Assembly (NCBI GenBank): GCA_964016885.1
Contig: OZ024745.1
Span: 68,200,001 to 68,264,000, forward strand
DNA length: 64,000 nucleotides
Source of the DNA: Eledone cirrhosa
Taxonomy: Eukaryota
Direction of reading: 5' to 3'
Shown piece after piece: positions 1 to 13,565 of this stretch. Position numbers and translations under genes: made by a program. The notes beneath the pieces were generated by a model, which saw nothing but the letters and a program-made list of their open reading frames with translations, was not told where the DNA came from and made no database searches. Positions within the stretch are counted from its first letter, which is position 1. Each line of letters opens with the position of its first letter.

Positions 1-866
1 ATGTAAGGTTGAAACACCCACGTCCCGTAGGGCCTACATAGGGTTAACTGCCAATAGATTCAAGCAGCGTCTTTACATGCATACCCATTCTTTTCGTTAC
101 CCCTTAAGAAGGAATATGACGTCACTTTCAGCTTATATCTGGAGTCTAAAAGACAATCATACCCAATATAAGTTACACTGGGAGATCCTTTTTTTTTTGC
201 GTACGTGCGTGTATTTGTATACCTATGGCGAGTGTTTTCGCGTATGCTTGTGTATGTACGTATATGGATGCGTGTATGTATTTATTTAATTTCGATTACC
301 TCTGTATTTTATTTACTTTATTCTTAACCCTGAAGCCGAGAATCATTCGGTTTCCAAGTCTACGACTTCAGTTATACCATTTACGTGGTTTTGTTTGTGC
401 GTGCTATTGTTCTCCCCGCTCCACATATGACGTATTATCTTCGTTTTTTCCGTTCATTGCCAGAGAACGTCTCTATGAACCACCTAATAGAATATTAGTC
501 TACGACTTCTTTTATACCATAAACGTGGTTTTGTCCTTGCGTGTAATTGTTTTTCACCGCTCCTATTAATGACGTATTATATTCGTTTTTTCCCGTTCTT
601 TGCCAGGGAACGTTTCCACGAACCAAAGTATCATCTTCCTGTCTTCCTCCGGTTGCAACGTTTTTTGAAATATTCACTTCCGCGTTCACAGATTGACTTT
701 GTTAGTTTCAGAAGATCCCGTTAAGAGTGAAAGCAGCGAATCTTTGTTTAAACTTTAATCTGTTATTTTAATAAATATTTGCTCTACGGTTCTTATATAT
801 TTGATATATATTTATCCTTATCAAGCCCTCTTTGGATTTTAGTCTTCAAATTTATTATTATTACTA
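1..866 (+). mobile_element. Penelope-like element 3' fragment (GIY-YIG remnant + pLTR/3' region, family A)
   Basis: Frame 2 of 2-187 reads CKVETPTSRRAYIGLTANRFKQRLYMHTHSFRY...TSLSAYIWSLKD...LHWEI, a GIY-YIG endonuclease motif (YIG..R..H). The downstream non-coding part recurs inverted at 20608-21235 and ends in a (TA)n tract. Confidence 0.8.
688..763 (+). ncRNA. Type I hammerhead-like motif, variant core CAGAAGA (family A)
   Basis: P1 AGUUU/AAACU with extension ACAGAUUGA/UUAAUCUGU; core CAGAAGA; P2 CCC-guuaa-GRG; GAAA; P3 GCA..UGY; triplet NUU. A cleaner copy lies at 20620-20695 (-). Confidence 0.55.
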
Positions 867-1729
867 TATATATATATAGATAGATATACATATATATATG
901 TACATATATATGTGATGTGTGTATATATATATATATATCTGTCTACATGTCTATCTCTTTCTCTCGTTTCACTATCACTCCGTGTATCTCATACATTCAA
1001 GTATGAGACTACACACACAAACGCATTCATACACACAAACATGAAAACGCACCAACACAACCCCTCACGCATACACGCCCATCAACATAGACACACACAC
1101 AAATATATATATTACAGAGCTATATTTTATTAATATTTTCATGACTTTTATAAATTATGCATACTAAATTATGTATTCGAAAATACACAGCTCACCTAAG
1201 TGTTCTGGGGGTTTGATAGTGTCTAACACATTGCAGAATATAACATTGTTTTTAGAAAAGCTTTGATCTAAATACTAATATCAATAGTTGCGTGTGCATA
1301 TTTTGACTTCTTTCTAATTTAATATCATTATTTATCAACAAAGTACTGGGTAATTGCTGGCCTTGTGCCAATAGTAGAAACAATTATTTATCAACAAAGT
1401 AATGAAATATCTTGTGGCAAGATTTCTTTGAAAATATTTTAAATACTCATTACTTTTGAACATTAATTGACGCATTAAAAAACATAAATAGATTGAGAAA
1501 TATATGTGCTGCAGCATTGCATTATTTGCAACTATACAAAATTGTATTACAATTTAGCTATTCAGACATTTAAATATTTCAACAAAAGTAACATTTGTAT
1601 ATATATATATATATATATACCACTCACCATATTCAGGCTAGACTACGTGTCTTTATCTGTAAGTATATATATTCATACATGCATGCTCACACACACACAC
1701 ACACACACGCGCACGGGCGCGCGCGCACG

Positions 1730-1761
<32 letters not shown>

Positions 1762-1906
1762 AGTAGAAGGGATATATAATTTGTTGGAAATCCGACAAAT
1801 ATAAATATAAATGTTTATAACTGATTTAGAGCACTCAACAGTTTCCTTGAGTAAATATTCAATAAATATTAAATAAATGGAAACTATATTTATAAAACCA
1901 TATTTA

Positions 1907-1965
1907 TTTTATTATATATATTTCAAGGGTACCGAAACACTTTGGTACGCTTTCTTCAGATAAAA
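1907..1965 (-). ncRNA. Minimal type I hammerhead ribozyme, canonical core
   Basis: Minus strand: UUUUAU-CUGAAGA-AAGcGUACC(aaaguguuuc)GGUACcCUU-GAAA-UAUAUA-UA-AUAAAA. P3 is palindromic. It sits in a fragment flanked by (TA)n. Confidence 0.8.
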
Positions 1966-2034
1966 TACAAAGTTTGTTTTATAAATAGAGACATACCCAG
2001 GAAATCATACCTTATCAGTTGAATATTCCCTATC

Positions 2035-2419
<385 letters not shown>

Positions 2420-2555
2420 CATAATACTTACATATATTTATATACATATATTCGCAAGCACACACACACGCACATATATTATAGACATACATGTTCATAT
2501 CTCTATGTATATATATATATATATGTATATAATGCAAGTGATTCTGTGAATTGCG

Positions 2556-2718
2556 TGTATATTAATAAGAACAATGAAGTTTCGTTTACATGTATTTAGA
2601 TATGTATTGTACTATTACACGCGTTTCGCAGAGGATTGGCTCGTAACAGGTCGATAATCGATACACAATAAAAATCTAAATACATGTAAACGAAACTTTA
2701 TCGTTCTTATTAATATAT
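2556..2718. repeat. Inverted repeat around a degenerate HHR-like centre
   Basis: About 50-bp arms (taataagaac..tattgt / acaata..gttcttatta). The centre contains CGAAACGCGT on the minus strand. Confidence 0.6.
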
Positions 2719-2738
2719 AATATAATATAATATAATAC

Positions 2739-2783
<45 letters not shown>

Positions 2784-3686
2784 GATCGAGTATCGAAAAA
2801 TCGGCGCACGAGTTAACGAAAAACGAAATCCGATATGAGCGGCAGAGGGCTCAATAATTCAGATGAATCAGAGCTATAACTATCGTTAAAATACCGTCAC
2901 ATATAGAACAAGTCTACAATCAACCATACGATTTAAAATCGATAAAGGAAGATTCGGGCCAAACAGATAAAAAATATCAATAAAACAATACGTCACTGAG
3001 ATGTGAACTCTCCTCAAGCTATAGGGACTTCTCCAGAACATGTAGACACCTCTCAGCCAGACCTCCCTCAAGCTATATGGGCAGTAACAACACCATAGGT
3101 AGGGAACTCCCCTCAAGCCATAGGGACCCACCCAGACTGAGCAGACACCATGATAGCCTAGAGATTGAATCTGACACAGCCTTTCTAATTTGGCCAACAT
3201 CTTTGTAACACACACATTTTATTTTACTTGATTTTTCATTTGTTTTCTTTTTTCTTCACTTTATTGCCTTCTATTTAAGTTGAGATTGGTTATAACATAC
3301 ACACATTTCATTTTATTTGATTATTTTATTTTGTTCCTTTACCATCTTATTCCTTCTACCACTTTATCATTTTTTTTAGCTGACTCCAACACCAACACCA
3401 CTACCAACATAAGAGTAGAGGTCAGATGTACTTAACAATAACAAGAACAACGACTACAGATTGCCTTGCCTCAGAACGAATTTCTATAGACTTTTGACTG
3501 ACCAATGTTCTCACAACTGACCAATGAGAGAAGATGTCCTTTGACGCTGAAATTCGTTTGTTTAAATTCATATGATTCCAGTTCCTCAGTGAAATAACAA
3601 CCCAACCAGGAACTGGGCATATCAGAGTATTGACAAAGTTAAACACCTCAACAACATGTGTACTCGTCTCTACCACACTAATTCGA

Positions 3687-3737
3687 ACTGCCTGAAGAGG
3701 TCACAGCCAAAGCTGTCACCGAAATATATATAGCAGT
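3687..3737 (+). ncRNA. Minimal type I hammerhead ribozyme, canonical core
   Basis: ACUGC-CUGAAGA-GGUcACAGC(caaa)GCUGUcACC-GAAA-UAUAUA-UA-GCAGU, immediately followed by AATAAA. It lies in a 2778-3883 segment bounded by (TA)n. Confidence 0.88.
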
Positions 3738-3880
3738 AATAAACGAAGCCAAATTTTAAACATTTAACTTATTTATTTTATTTTATTTTACATTACTCCG
3801 GAGTAACCAAACCAACCTGCGCACTTCGTCGAGTGCTCCAATCTGCATACTCAGGTGTTGGTATACAACCAACATATACT

Positions 3881-3995
<115 letters not shown>

Positions 3996-5319
3996 TGAGT
4001 TTGTATTTACGTTTGTGCCTGTGTGCTTATTTTCCGTGACCTAGCGGTTTGACAAAAGAAGAGAGGAATAAATTACCCGATTTAATTGACTAAATCAAGC
4101 AGGTGCTCCAGCATGGTCGCGGAATAGTGAATGAAACCAATAAAACAATAAGAATATATATTGAGAGATACTATGCGTGCTTGAGCGTATAATATGAGTA
4201 TGTGTTATTTGTTTGTACCTATATATGCGTGTGTTTCTGATATTGTGCAAATCAGGATTTTAGTATTTCTGATAACGTCTTCGTAGTTACAAATTAAAAT
4301 TTAAGAACAGGAACTCTGCTAAAATCAATTGCTAATTAAACAATTAGTTAATAACTATTTGCAAGCGAGGAAACAAAGATTATTAGTTTAGATAGAACCA
4401 GTGCTGAATCAGTTACGTGATTCTGTTTCTCGAGGGTGAATATTTTTAATAACGTCTCGAAAGGAAGTGAAAACCGAAAATTTTCACGCTAACTAGAAAT
4501 TACCAAAACGAACAGTGTTGAAATTTCAAGTGTAATTAGTAACGGGAAACATAATTACAAATTAGAGTAGTTTCTGAAAGAAATAAAAGCTTTTGGAATG
4601 AAATAAAATCCCATTTTTAGAATGAAATAAACCCAAATTTTGGATTTAATTGCGTAAATTACAAATATAGCCAGAATTATAAAAGACACTGTTAGCTAGC
4701 TTTTGCCACCATCAAATCATATAACTGACAAAGTAGTTTCCGGATTAATTATTTTCTGGCTGGACAAATAAAGGGACCGCCGTCGCTTTCGACGATGAGT
4801 ATTCAGTTGTTTGATTAACCGAAAGCCGTGATAAAGCTGAAAGAAAATATGGTGAGGTTAGCGTATTTACTTCAGACAATATGGATCCAGAATTACATTA
4901 TTAAAGTATCCTTACCTTCAAGGTTAGTAGGTCATTATTTAAGTGTGCAAGGTGCTACAATTTCTAACAGTGTGAGTGGTTGCAAAAAGACTCCTGCGCT
5001 GTCTCGAAGGAAGAATCTGACATAATGATTATATGGAAAGAAGAGGGGAATCGGTAGAGTGGTCGGAGTTCGGTATTTGTTTCGGAATTCTGCGTTATGA
5101 TTTCAAATCTCACCTTGGATAACTTCGTCTTTCATTATATCAGAGTAGGTAAATAAAGTATCTGTTGAGGGGCGTTGGATTGGCAGAATTGTTAAATATT
5201 CGTATGAGATGCCTTAACTTACGGTATCTGATCAGATGTGTGCCTTCTGAGTTCAAATCTCACCTCCTTCTGTCAGGACTTGTGACCGGCAGATAATATT
5301 AACAACACAAAAACCAGTG

Positions 5320-5595
5320 AAAACATTGGAGCCAGATCTGATGAGCTACTAACTGCGTATACTGGAGAGAAAGGAAGCAACCATGTTTCGTTGGATGTGC
5401 AATGTAAATGTGAGAGAAAGGCAGAGCTTGGACGAGGTGAGAGAGAAGCTGGGCATTATGGGGAATCCGAGACGGTGTGCAAGAGAGAAGACAGCGCTGG
5501 TATAGACATGTGATGCGCATAGACAATGACCGATGAGTGAAGAAAGCTGCAATAGAGGACGACCAAGAAAGACCTAGGCAGAGATGACAAAGGAT
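5320..5595 (+). pseudogene. RTE-clade LINE C-terminal relic
   Basis: Translates with frameshift/stop to ERKEATMFRWMCNVNVRERQSLDEVREKLGI..RRQRWYRHVMR...RGRPRKT. Confidence 0.7.
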
Positions 5596-5611
5596 ACACA
5601 CATATATATAT

Positions 5612-5662
<51 letters not shown>

Positions 5663-6019
5663 ATTGGTGTGGGATGCTTAAAGCGTCCGTAAGCGGTATG
5701 CTGTTTGAGCACTCGATGCTCTTACAGAGAAGAGTATAATATGACACAAGAAACGGAGAATCAGTGGCGCGACGAATAAGATTTATTAGACATATTACAA
5801 TCGTTTCTCTGGCGACCAGCTCGAGACACGATCGATACAATGATCAAACCTGACTCTGAAATCGCAAGACCCTCGAATCGAGACATATCCGAGGATCTTG
5901 CGATTTCAGAGTCAGGTTTGATCATTGCATCGATCGTGCCTCGAGCTGGTCGCCAGAGAAACGATTGTAATATGTCTAATAAATCATATTCGTCACACTA
6001 CTGATTCTCCGTTTCTTAT

Positions 6020-6023
<4 letters not shown>
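5663..6023. mobile_element. PLE pLTR inverted pair (family I)
   Basis: About 138-bp arms at 5740-5878 and 5887-6023 with an 8-nt spacer. The left arm has an extra ~75-bp tail homologous to 60180-60250. Both ends abut (TA)n. Confidence 0.8.
5881..5977 (+). ncRNA. Type I hammerhead with long P2, core CCGAGGA
   Basis: P1 AGACAUAU/AUAUGUCU (8 bp); CCGAGGA; P2 UCUuGCGAUU...GGUCGCcAGA; GAAA-C-gauu-G-UA; AATAAA at 5978. Confidence 0.7.
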
Positions 6024-6059
<36 letters not shown>

Positions 6060-6062
<3 letters not shown>

Positions 6063-7178
6063 AGTCAATAGAATCATTAGATAAAATATATATCGTATTT
6101 CTTCTCCCAATCAGCATAAATCAACCACACAAAAATCATTTAAACGAGGCTATAAGTTTAAAATATACTTATGAAGAAACAATAGATAAATGATATAGCT
6201 TTTTATCAGCGACTCACAGCTACAGAAAATTTACCTAGTATTTCTGATAACCTGTAGAAATTGACTAGACATATAGTTAACCATACATATTTAGGTACAA
6301 AATCAAAGTTAGAAGAAATGTACATAAACATACCAAAATCATCAAAATATCTCTACCACCGGCAGTTTGATTCCATTTTTGGATATATCCGATCTTGGAT
6401 AAGTCAACGAGGTTGGAAATCATCAGGAGATAAACTTTATTGGACAAAGATTTTTCTTACATGATCCCCGCCAGAAACGAATTGAAAATGGCTAAGAATC
6501 GTCACGTGGCTAGTGGTCAAGGCAGAAAGTTTGTGATTGGTGCCTGTCGGCGAGTAGGCTGGTTGCTAGAAAACGCAGCCGAATACTGCCTACAATTTTA
6601 CTCAACCTTACTGGATTATATCAAATTTAAAGGGTATATACATATAAACTAGACAAAGCCATAGATATTTATATATATGTTTTTGGCAACCATTCACGGT
6701 GTGGCTCAATGACGAATTAATTAAATAATTAATAATCAGAGCAATATACGAAAAGTAAGTCCATAGAATCATTAGATAAAATATATACAGTATTTCTTCT
6801 CCCAATCAGCATAAATCAACCACACAAAAAATCATTTAAACGAGGCTATAAGTTTAAAATATACTTATGAAGAAACAATAGATAAATGATATAGCTTTTT
6901 ATCCGCGACTCACAGCTACAGAAAATTTACCTAGTAATTCTGATAGCCTGTAGAAATTGACTAGACATATTTAGGTACAAAATCAAAGTTAGAAGAAAAA
7001 ATGTACATAAACATACCAAAATCATCAAAATATCTCTACCAGCGGCAGTTTGATTCCATTTTTGGATATATCCGATCTTGGATAAGTCAAAGAGGTTGGA
7101 AATCATCAGGAGATAAACTCAATTGGACAAAGATTTTTCTTACAAGATCCCCGCCAGAAACGAATTCAAAATGGCTAT
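6060..7178 (-). mobile_element. Tandem ~695-bp non-coding HHR-bearing unit (family D), ~1.6 copies
   Basis: Unit starts at 6060 and 6755. HHR motifs at 6348-6432 and 7031-7115. A diverged relative lies at 58000-58385. All are bounded by (TA)n. Confidence 0.75.
6348..6432 (-). ncRNA. Long-P2 type I hammerhead (family D; GAAA mutated to CAAA)
   Basis: UAUCUC-CUGAUGA-uUUCCA...UAUCC(aagauc)GGAUA...UGGAAu-CAAA-CUG..GG-UA-GAGAUA. A second copy lies at 7031-7115. Confidence 0.65.
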
Positions 7179-7261
7179 ATATATATATATAGAGAGAGAG
7201 AGACGCACACATATATACACACATATATATATATACACATATATATAAGTATATATATATA

Positions 7262-7490
7262 AGAACAATCCAAGGAAAAAGGACTGCTCTATGTATAGAA
7301 CAGAGCTATTTAATTAGAAAGTGAACAACACAATATATAACTACTCCATTATAAAAGGTTTCAGCTCCCTAGACAATATTAATATACGTCTGGGTCGTTC
7401 ATCAGTAGTAGTTATATATTGTGTCGCTCACTCTCTAATTAAATAGCTCTGTTCTATACATAGAACACTCTATTTTCCTTTGCTTTTTCT
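7262..7490. mobile_element. Inverted pair enclosing a degenerate hammerhead (family E)
   Basis: About 70-bp arms. The centre 7340-7409 (-) reads ACUA-CUGAUGA...GAAA-CC..GG-AG-UAGU, with the cleavage triplet lost. Confidence 0.7.
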
Positions 7491-7509
7491 GCGGAATTCC
7501 CTCCCCCCC

Positions 7510-7578
<69 letters not shown>

Positions 7579-8624
7579 TGCGCACGTGTGTGTGTTTGTG
7601 CGCATTTTGGTCTATGTCTAGCTCAAGGCGCTGGGCTTTGACTATATCGACTGTAAGTCCTGAAAATTGGCACAGAAATATAGAGAAGCCATCTGAATAC
7701 CATATAATATTAACTTTCATTTTTCTACTTTATAATTTCACATCTCATTTGCGTTGGCTTTCCGTTTCAGCCCTCCTCGCGGCAATGAATACTAGTAACA
7801 TGACGTAGGTTGTTTTTAAATCAATTACAAATAGCCACTCAACATCATTCAACTTGCCATTCAGATTTATACAAAAACTGTTACATGCCCTTTAGATTTA
7901 TCATTTAATTTTTGGTGCCAACATTTTCATTACATTGTTTGTTACTTGGTCACTGACATTGTGGGATTTGCGACGAAAATATTGACAAGAAATAAATGAT
8001 AAATGTGAATTGAGTTTAGCAGGTTGTGTGTCATTTCAGGGCCTCGTATGAAACTCCTACCTTATAATTCCTTTAGTTTAAACCCACGATTTCAAATCAA
8101 GTCACCTGCCAATCAAATACAACTCTTAAAAAAAAAATCAAAATTTTATTAAATAACTAAATATCTGAGTTGAATTGTTGGTATTAAGATTATCATTTTT
8201 CGAATTGTTAAACTTTAATTTAGAAATCCCGGCTTTTATATATTTATTCCTACTAAGGAAACTTACTGAAATCCATCGCTATATAAATTTTCTTATTGGT
8301 GAATGTATATTAAAGTAAGCTGCCCCAACGCATGTTTTTTTTTCACTATGAAAAATAGTCGAACATATTAGGTCTATAAGCCTCTAGAGACTCCACCTCA
8401 CCCACGACGTATACCGGACAGTTGCACAACCATTACGTTAAAGCGAGACTGGATACACACACATCATTTAAAGCTTTATCTATTGGCCAGTAGATGTAAA
8501 CATTACATTGATTCAATGTTTTTATTTCTATTTTGATGCACGACTTCATAGATGTTCATAAGATTGTTTCATTATGGCAACTTTTTCGATGATACATTCA
8601 AACTAATTTCATTATTTTAAAGAT

Positions 8625-9155
8625 TTGGTTGGCGGTAGAGCATTGAAGAATATGCTTGCATCATATAGTTACGTCCTTTTACGTTTTGTTTTCAAATCCC
8701 GCTGAAATTAGCTTTACCTTTCATCCTTACAGTGTCGATAAAATAAAGCACCAGTAACGCACTGGAGTTGATTTAATCGACTTTCCCATCCCCCAAATTA
8801 TTGGCCTTGTTCCTAAATTAGAATGCAGCATAGAGTTACTCCCCTTTACGTTCTGAGTTCAAATTCCGCCGAGGTTAACTTTACCTTTCATGCTTACGGG
8901 GTCGATAAAATAAAGCACCAGTAATGCACTGGGATAATTGCTGGCCTTGTGGCAAAAGTAGAAACAATTATTATAAAGATTTCGAGGGTGGTGGATTGAT
9001 AGAATCTTTAGAGTGTCGCGTAAAATGCTGGGCAGTATTTGTTTCGTTTTTTTTTTTTTACGTTCTGAATTCAAATCTCACCGAGATCACCTTTCACTTT
9101 CACCCTTCCACGGTCCATAAGATAAACATTTCTGGCTTTGTTCCTAAATTAGTAA
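8625..9155 (+). mobile_element. Cluster of three decayed tRNA-derived SINE copies
   Basis: Repeated TTCAAATCCCGC..TTTCATCCTTAC..GTCGATAAAATAAAG..GGCCTTGT..AGAA modules. Confidence 0.75.
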
Positions 9156-9254
9156 CCATTATCATAATACGACTTCAATTTCTTTGCATAGTTAATATTC
9201 TTTAAAGCGTAATAATACGATAAATATTTTGAGTCAATCTTCTATGTTCGATAA

Positions 9255-10303
9255 TTAAGCTTGTTGAAACAGTAACAAGGCAAGCTGGTTTCATTAGGTC
9301 ACATTGTTAAGCTTGTTGAAAGGGTAACACGCAAGCTGGTTTCATCACATCACATAGTTAAGCGTGTTGAAACAGTAACAAGGCAAGCTGGTTTCATTAC
9401 GTCACATAGTTAAGCTTGTTGAAACAGTAACAAGGCAAGCTGGTTTCATTAGGTCACATTGTTAAGCTTGTTGAAAGGGTAACACGCAAGCTGGTTTCAT
9501 CACATCACATAGTTAAGCGTGTTGAAACAGTAACAAGGCAAGCTGGTTTCATTACGTCACATAGTTAAGCGTGTTGAAACAGTAACAAGGCAAGCTGGTT
9601 TCATTACGTCACATAGTTAAGCTTGTTGAAACAGTAACAAGGCAAGCTGGTTTCATCACATCACATAGTTAAGCGTGTTGAAACAGTAACAAGGCAAGCT
9701 GGTTTCATTACGTCACATAGTTAAGCTTGTTGAAACAGTAACAAGGCAAGCTGGTTTCATTACGTCACATAGTTAAGCTTGTTGAAAGGGTAACACGCAA
9801 GCTGGCTTAATTACGTCACATAGTTAAGCTTGTTGAAACAGTAACAAGGCAAGCTGGTTTCATTACGTCACATAGTTAAGCTCGTTGAAAGGGTAACACG
9901 CAAGCTGGTTTCATTACGTCACATAGTTAAGCTTGTTGAAACAGTAACAAGGCAAGCTGGTTTCATTATGTCACATAGTTAAGCTTATTGAAAGGGTAAC
10001 ACGCAAGCTGGTTTCATTACGTCACATAGTTAAGCTTGTTGAAAGAGTAACAAGGCAAGCTGGTTTCATTAAGTCACATAGTTAAGCTTGTTAAAAGGGT
10101 AACACGCAAGTTGGTTTAATTACGTCACATAGTTAAGCTTATTAAAAGCATATCATTCTAGATGGTGTCATTACGTCACATAGTTAAGCTTATTGAAGGG
10201 GTAACTAAACAAGCTTAGTTTCATTACGTCACATAGTTCTGCTTGTTGAAAGAGTAACAAGGCAAGCTGGTTCCATTACGTCACATAGTTTAGCTTATTG
10301 AAA
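9255..10303. repeat. 52-bp minisatellite, ~20 copies
   Basis: Unit ttaagcttgttgaaacagtaacaaggcaagctggtttcattacgtcacatag. Two variants (acagtaacaagg / gggtaacacg) and a 156-bp higher-order duplication are visible. Confidence 0.95.
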
Positions 10304-10624
10304 ATATACCGCTCGATCACACATCGTGGTAAACAGAATGACATTATAAGTAATTGATTTCGATAAATCTGATCGCAGATCGTCGAAATATGTTTATTCC
10401 TGGATGTATATATTTGAAGTAATCGACTATGAGTTAACTACATTCAGGATTATTCTAGATGCTTTATTATTTCCTATCAGCTATTTTGATTATGTAATTT
10501 TCTTTCAATAATATCGGTTAGGAATTCTGTTGTATTTTTTCTTATTCGATTGTAACATAAATGAATTATTGTCCGAATATAGTGAGAAATGTTGGATAAC
10601 TATAATATATCAACTAGCTTTGAA

Positions 10625-10646
10625 ACTGCATATGTATATACATACA

Positions 10647-10684
<38 letters not shown>

Positions 10685-10731
10685 CATAAACATATATATA
10701 AACATATATATATAAACATATATATATATAA

Positions 10732-10762
<31 letters not shown>

Positions 10763-10776
10763 CATATGTATATACA

Positions 10777-10820
<44 letters not shown>

Positions 10821-10971
10821 CTATAGCTTTCACCGTATTTTTGACTAAAGGAATTTTAGCTTGATAACGGGGTTTAGAAATATATATACATATACATATA
10901 TATATAAATATATATATAAATGTATATACATATATATAAATATATATATATATAAATGTATATACATATAT

Positions 10972-11024
<53 letters not shown>

Positions 11025-11071
11025 CATATATATACATACATATATATATATATATATGTATATACATATAT

Positions 11072-11122
<51 letters not shown>

Positions 11123-11144
11123 TATATACATTTATACATATATA

Positions 11145-11185
<41 letters not shown>

Positions 11186-11574
11186 CACACACACACACAC
11201 ACACATATATATATGTATATACACCAAGTTGATTAAGAAATAAATACTGCTTTGAAACTTTGTTCTCATCTCCAGAATCCATTTTCAAATTTTGGTGTAT
11301 TTTGTTTCACGAACACAAACAATATCATTGCATTTGATAAAAATAATGTACTTTTCGTTCTACACTGAACTTCATTCACATGCTTCAATTTCCATCTTTT
11401 CAACGCAGGCAAATTGCAATGTAACAATGCTTACCCGGAATAAACCTCTAATTAAGCTGTGGTGATTTTAGCAAGAGAAAAGAGAAAGCAGTGATGAAAC
11501 ACATTTGAGTCATAGAATTAACTCTTCAACTGGCCAATATCAATGGAATAACATGAGGAGTCTTCCAAATAATA

Positions 11575-11636
<62 letters not shown>

Positions 11637-11642
11637 TATATA

Positions 11643-11675
<33 letters not shown>

Positions 11676-11741
11676 TGTATGTATGTATGTATGTATGTAT
11701 GTATGTATGTATATAGAGAGATATAAATATATATATGTATA

Positions 11742-11805
<64 letters not shown>

Positions 11806-12147
11806 GAGAGAGATATAAATATATATATATATATATATTAAAATATATATTTATATATCCATATTTACACGTCCTAGAAGTAAAAATAACTTTGTGATGT
11901 TCATGCTAAGCTAACAATTTCGCAACGAAATATGTTTATCAACGTAATTGATCATAATAATAGGATCGATGAGATGAGTGAATGTATTTTCTGATGTAAG
12001 ATAGAAGAAATAAAAAATAAAAAAGACAAAGGAATTGTTCAAAATATATTTTGTTAATAATCGGTTGTAGTTGCATGAAATAACTTTTCTCTCTGAATAT
12101 ATAGATTTTGAAAATATCGTGGGAAACAAATCTATTACCTTGCCCTT

Positions 12148-12179
<32 letters not shown>

Positions 12180-12227
12180 GCACACAGACACACACACACG
12201 CACACACATATATATATGTAAGGGGAA

Positions 12228-12259
<32 letters not shown>

Positions 12260-12311
12260 AAGAAGATAGATATACACATTAACACGCACACTCACATGTA
12301 TATATAACTCC

Positions 12312-12367
<56 letters not shown>

Positions 12368-12524
12368 GCAGAGATAAATTAAGCTTAGCACTTTTGTTTC
12401 AACTAAGGAAATAACATCTTGGGGAAACTCTAGAGAAACTAGTAATTGGATCACTCTAAAAACTATTACACTCTACTGTGGTATTGAGTACCTTTTCTCT
12501 TATTCGTTCAAACCAATATACAAA

Positions 12525-12600
<76 letters not shown>

Positions 12601-12704
12601 TGTATGTATGTATGTATGTATGTATGTATGTAGGCATGTATGTAGGTATATATATATGTATGTAGGTATATATATATGTACGTATGTATATATATATATA
12701 TATG

Positions 12705-12741
<37 letters not shown>

Positions 12742-12770
12742 GTATGTATATATGTATGTATGATACATAT
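10625..12770. repeat. Dense compound (TA)n/(CA)n/(TATG)n/(GA)n microsatellite field
   Basis: Directly visible. It explains the [12 protein letters not shown] ORFs. Confidence 0.9.
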
Positions 12771-13008
12771 GTGTAATTATATGTATATGTTTTGGTTTCA
12801 TAATTTTATAAATATTTACCAATAGAGAAAGAGAGTCGGTTTCTAACATAGACACAATACGCTTTCATTGGGATTTAGACAACAACAACTAGGTAGATAT
12901 GTATACATTCTGCATGTGTGTGCAGGTATGGATGTTATTGTATGTGTGGATTTGTATGTTTGAGTTATATGTGTATATGTTTTGTATCTGTACATTGTAT
13001 ACATGCAG

Positions 13009-13565
13009 TTAATACATGAAGAATCTTTGGACTATTTTACATATTTTTACTTTTCCATTAATGGATTGTACTAGTAATTTCCTAACTAGTTGTGTTCTTT
13101 CTGGTTCGGTAAATCCCAGCTTCTCAAGATTTGAACTGTGGTAGTTACTAACATATACCAGTACCCCAATAATCACAGGTATAAATCTGAATGTATAGTT
13201 AAGATGGAGTATCTGCATATTTCTCATTAGTTTTGCATAGATATTTTCTTTTTCGCTAATCTTTAATATTATATTGGCATCTGCTGGGTAGCTGACTTCC
13301 ACTACTGAGCATGCCTTCTTTTCTCTGTCCTATATCATTATATCTGGTCTATTATGTTTGCATTCTATTGGGATTTTTACTGGAACATTCCACCAGTACT
13401 CTTTCATATTATGTATGTATATGTCTTCCACGTTACTGCAACTTTTAATATGTTTATTGTCGGGGCTATCTTTCCATGCATTATATAGTGTTTTGGCCAC
13501 TACATCATGCCTCATTGCTACATAGTACCGTGATGATATCTTTGGACAGCTGCCTATGACATCAT
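13009..13565 (-). pseudogene. R4/Dong-like RLE LINE 3' relic
   Basis: GSCP..YVAMRHDVVAK...WWNVPV..KHNRPDIMI*DREKK..VVEVSYP..EKENIY...IPVIIG: RHD and PD-(D/E)xK restriction-like endonuclease motifs. Confidence 0.8.

Noticed and set aside
9255-10303. CRISPR-like array
   Set aside because: Units are contiguous with no unique spacers, there are no cas genes, and the context is eukaryotic.
10589-12855. [16 protein letters not shown] ORFs here and across the window
   Set aside because: Microsatellite translations.
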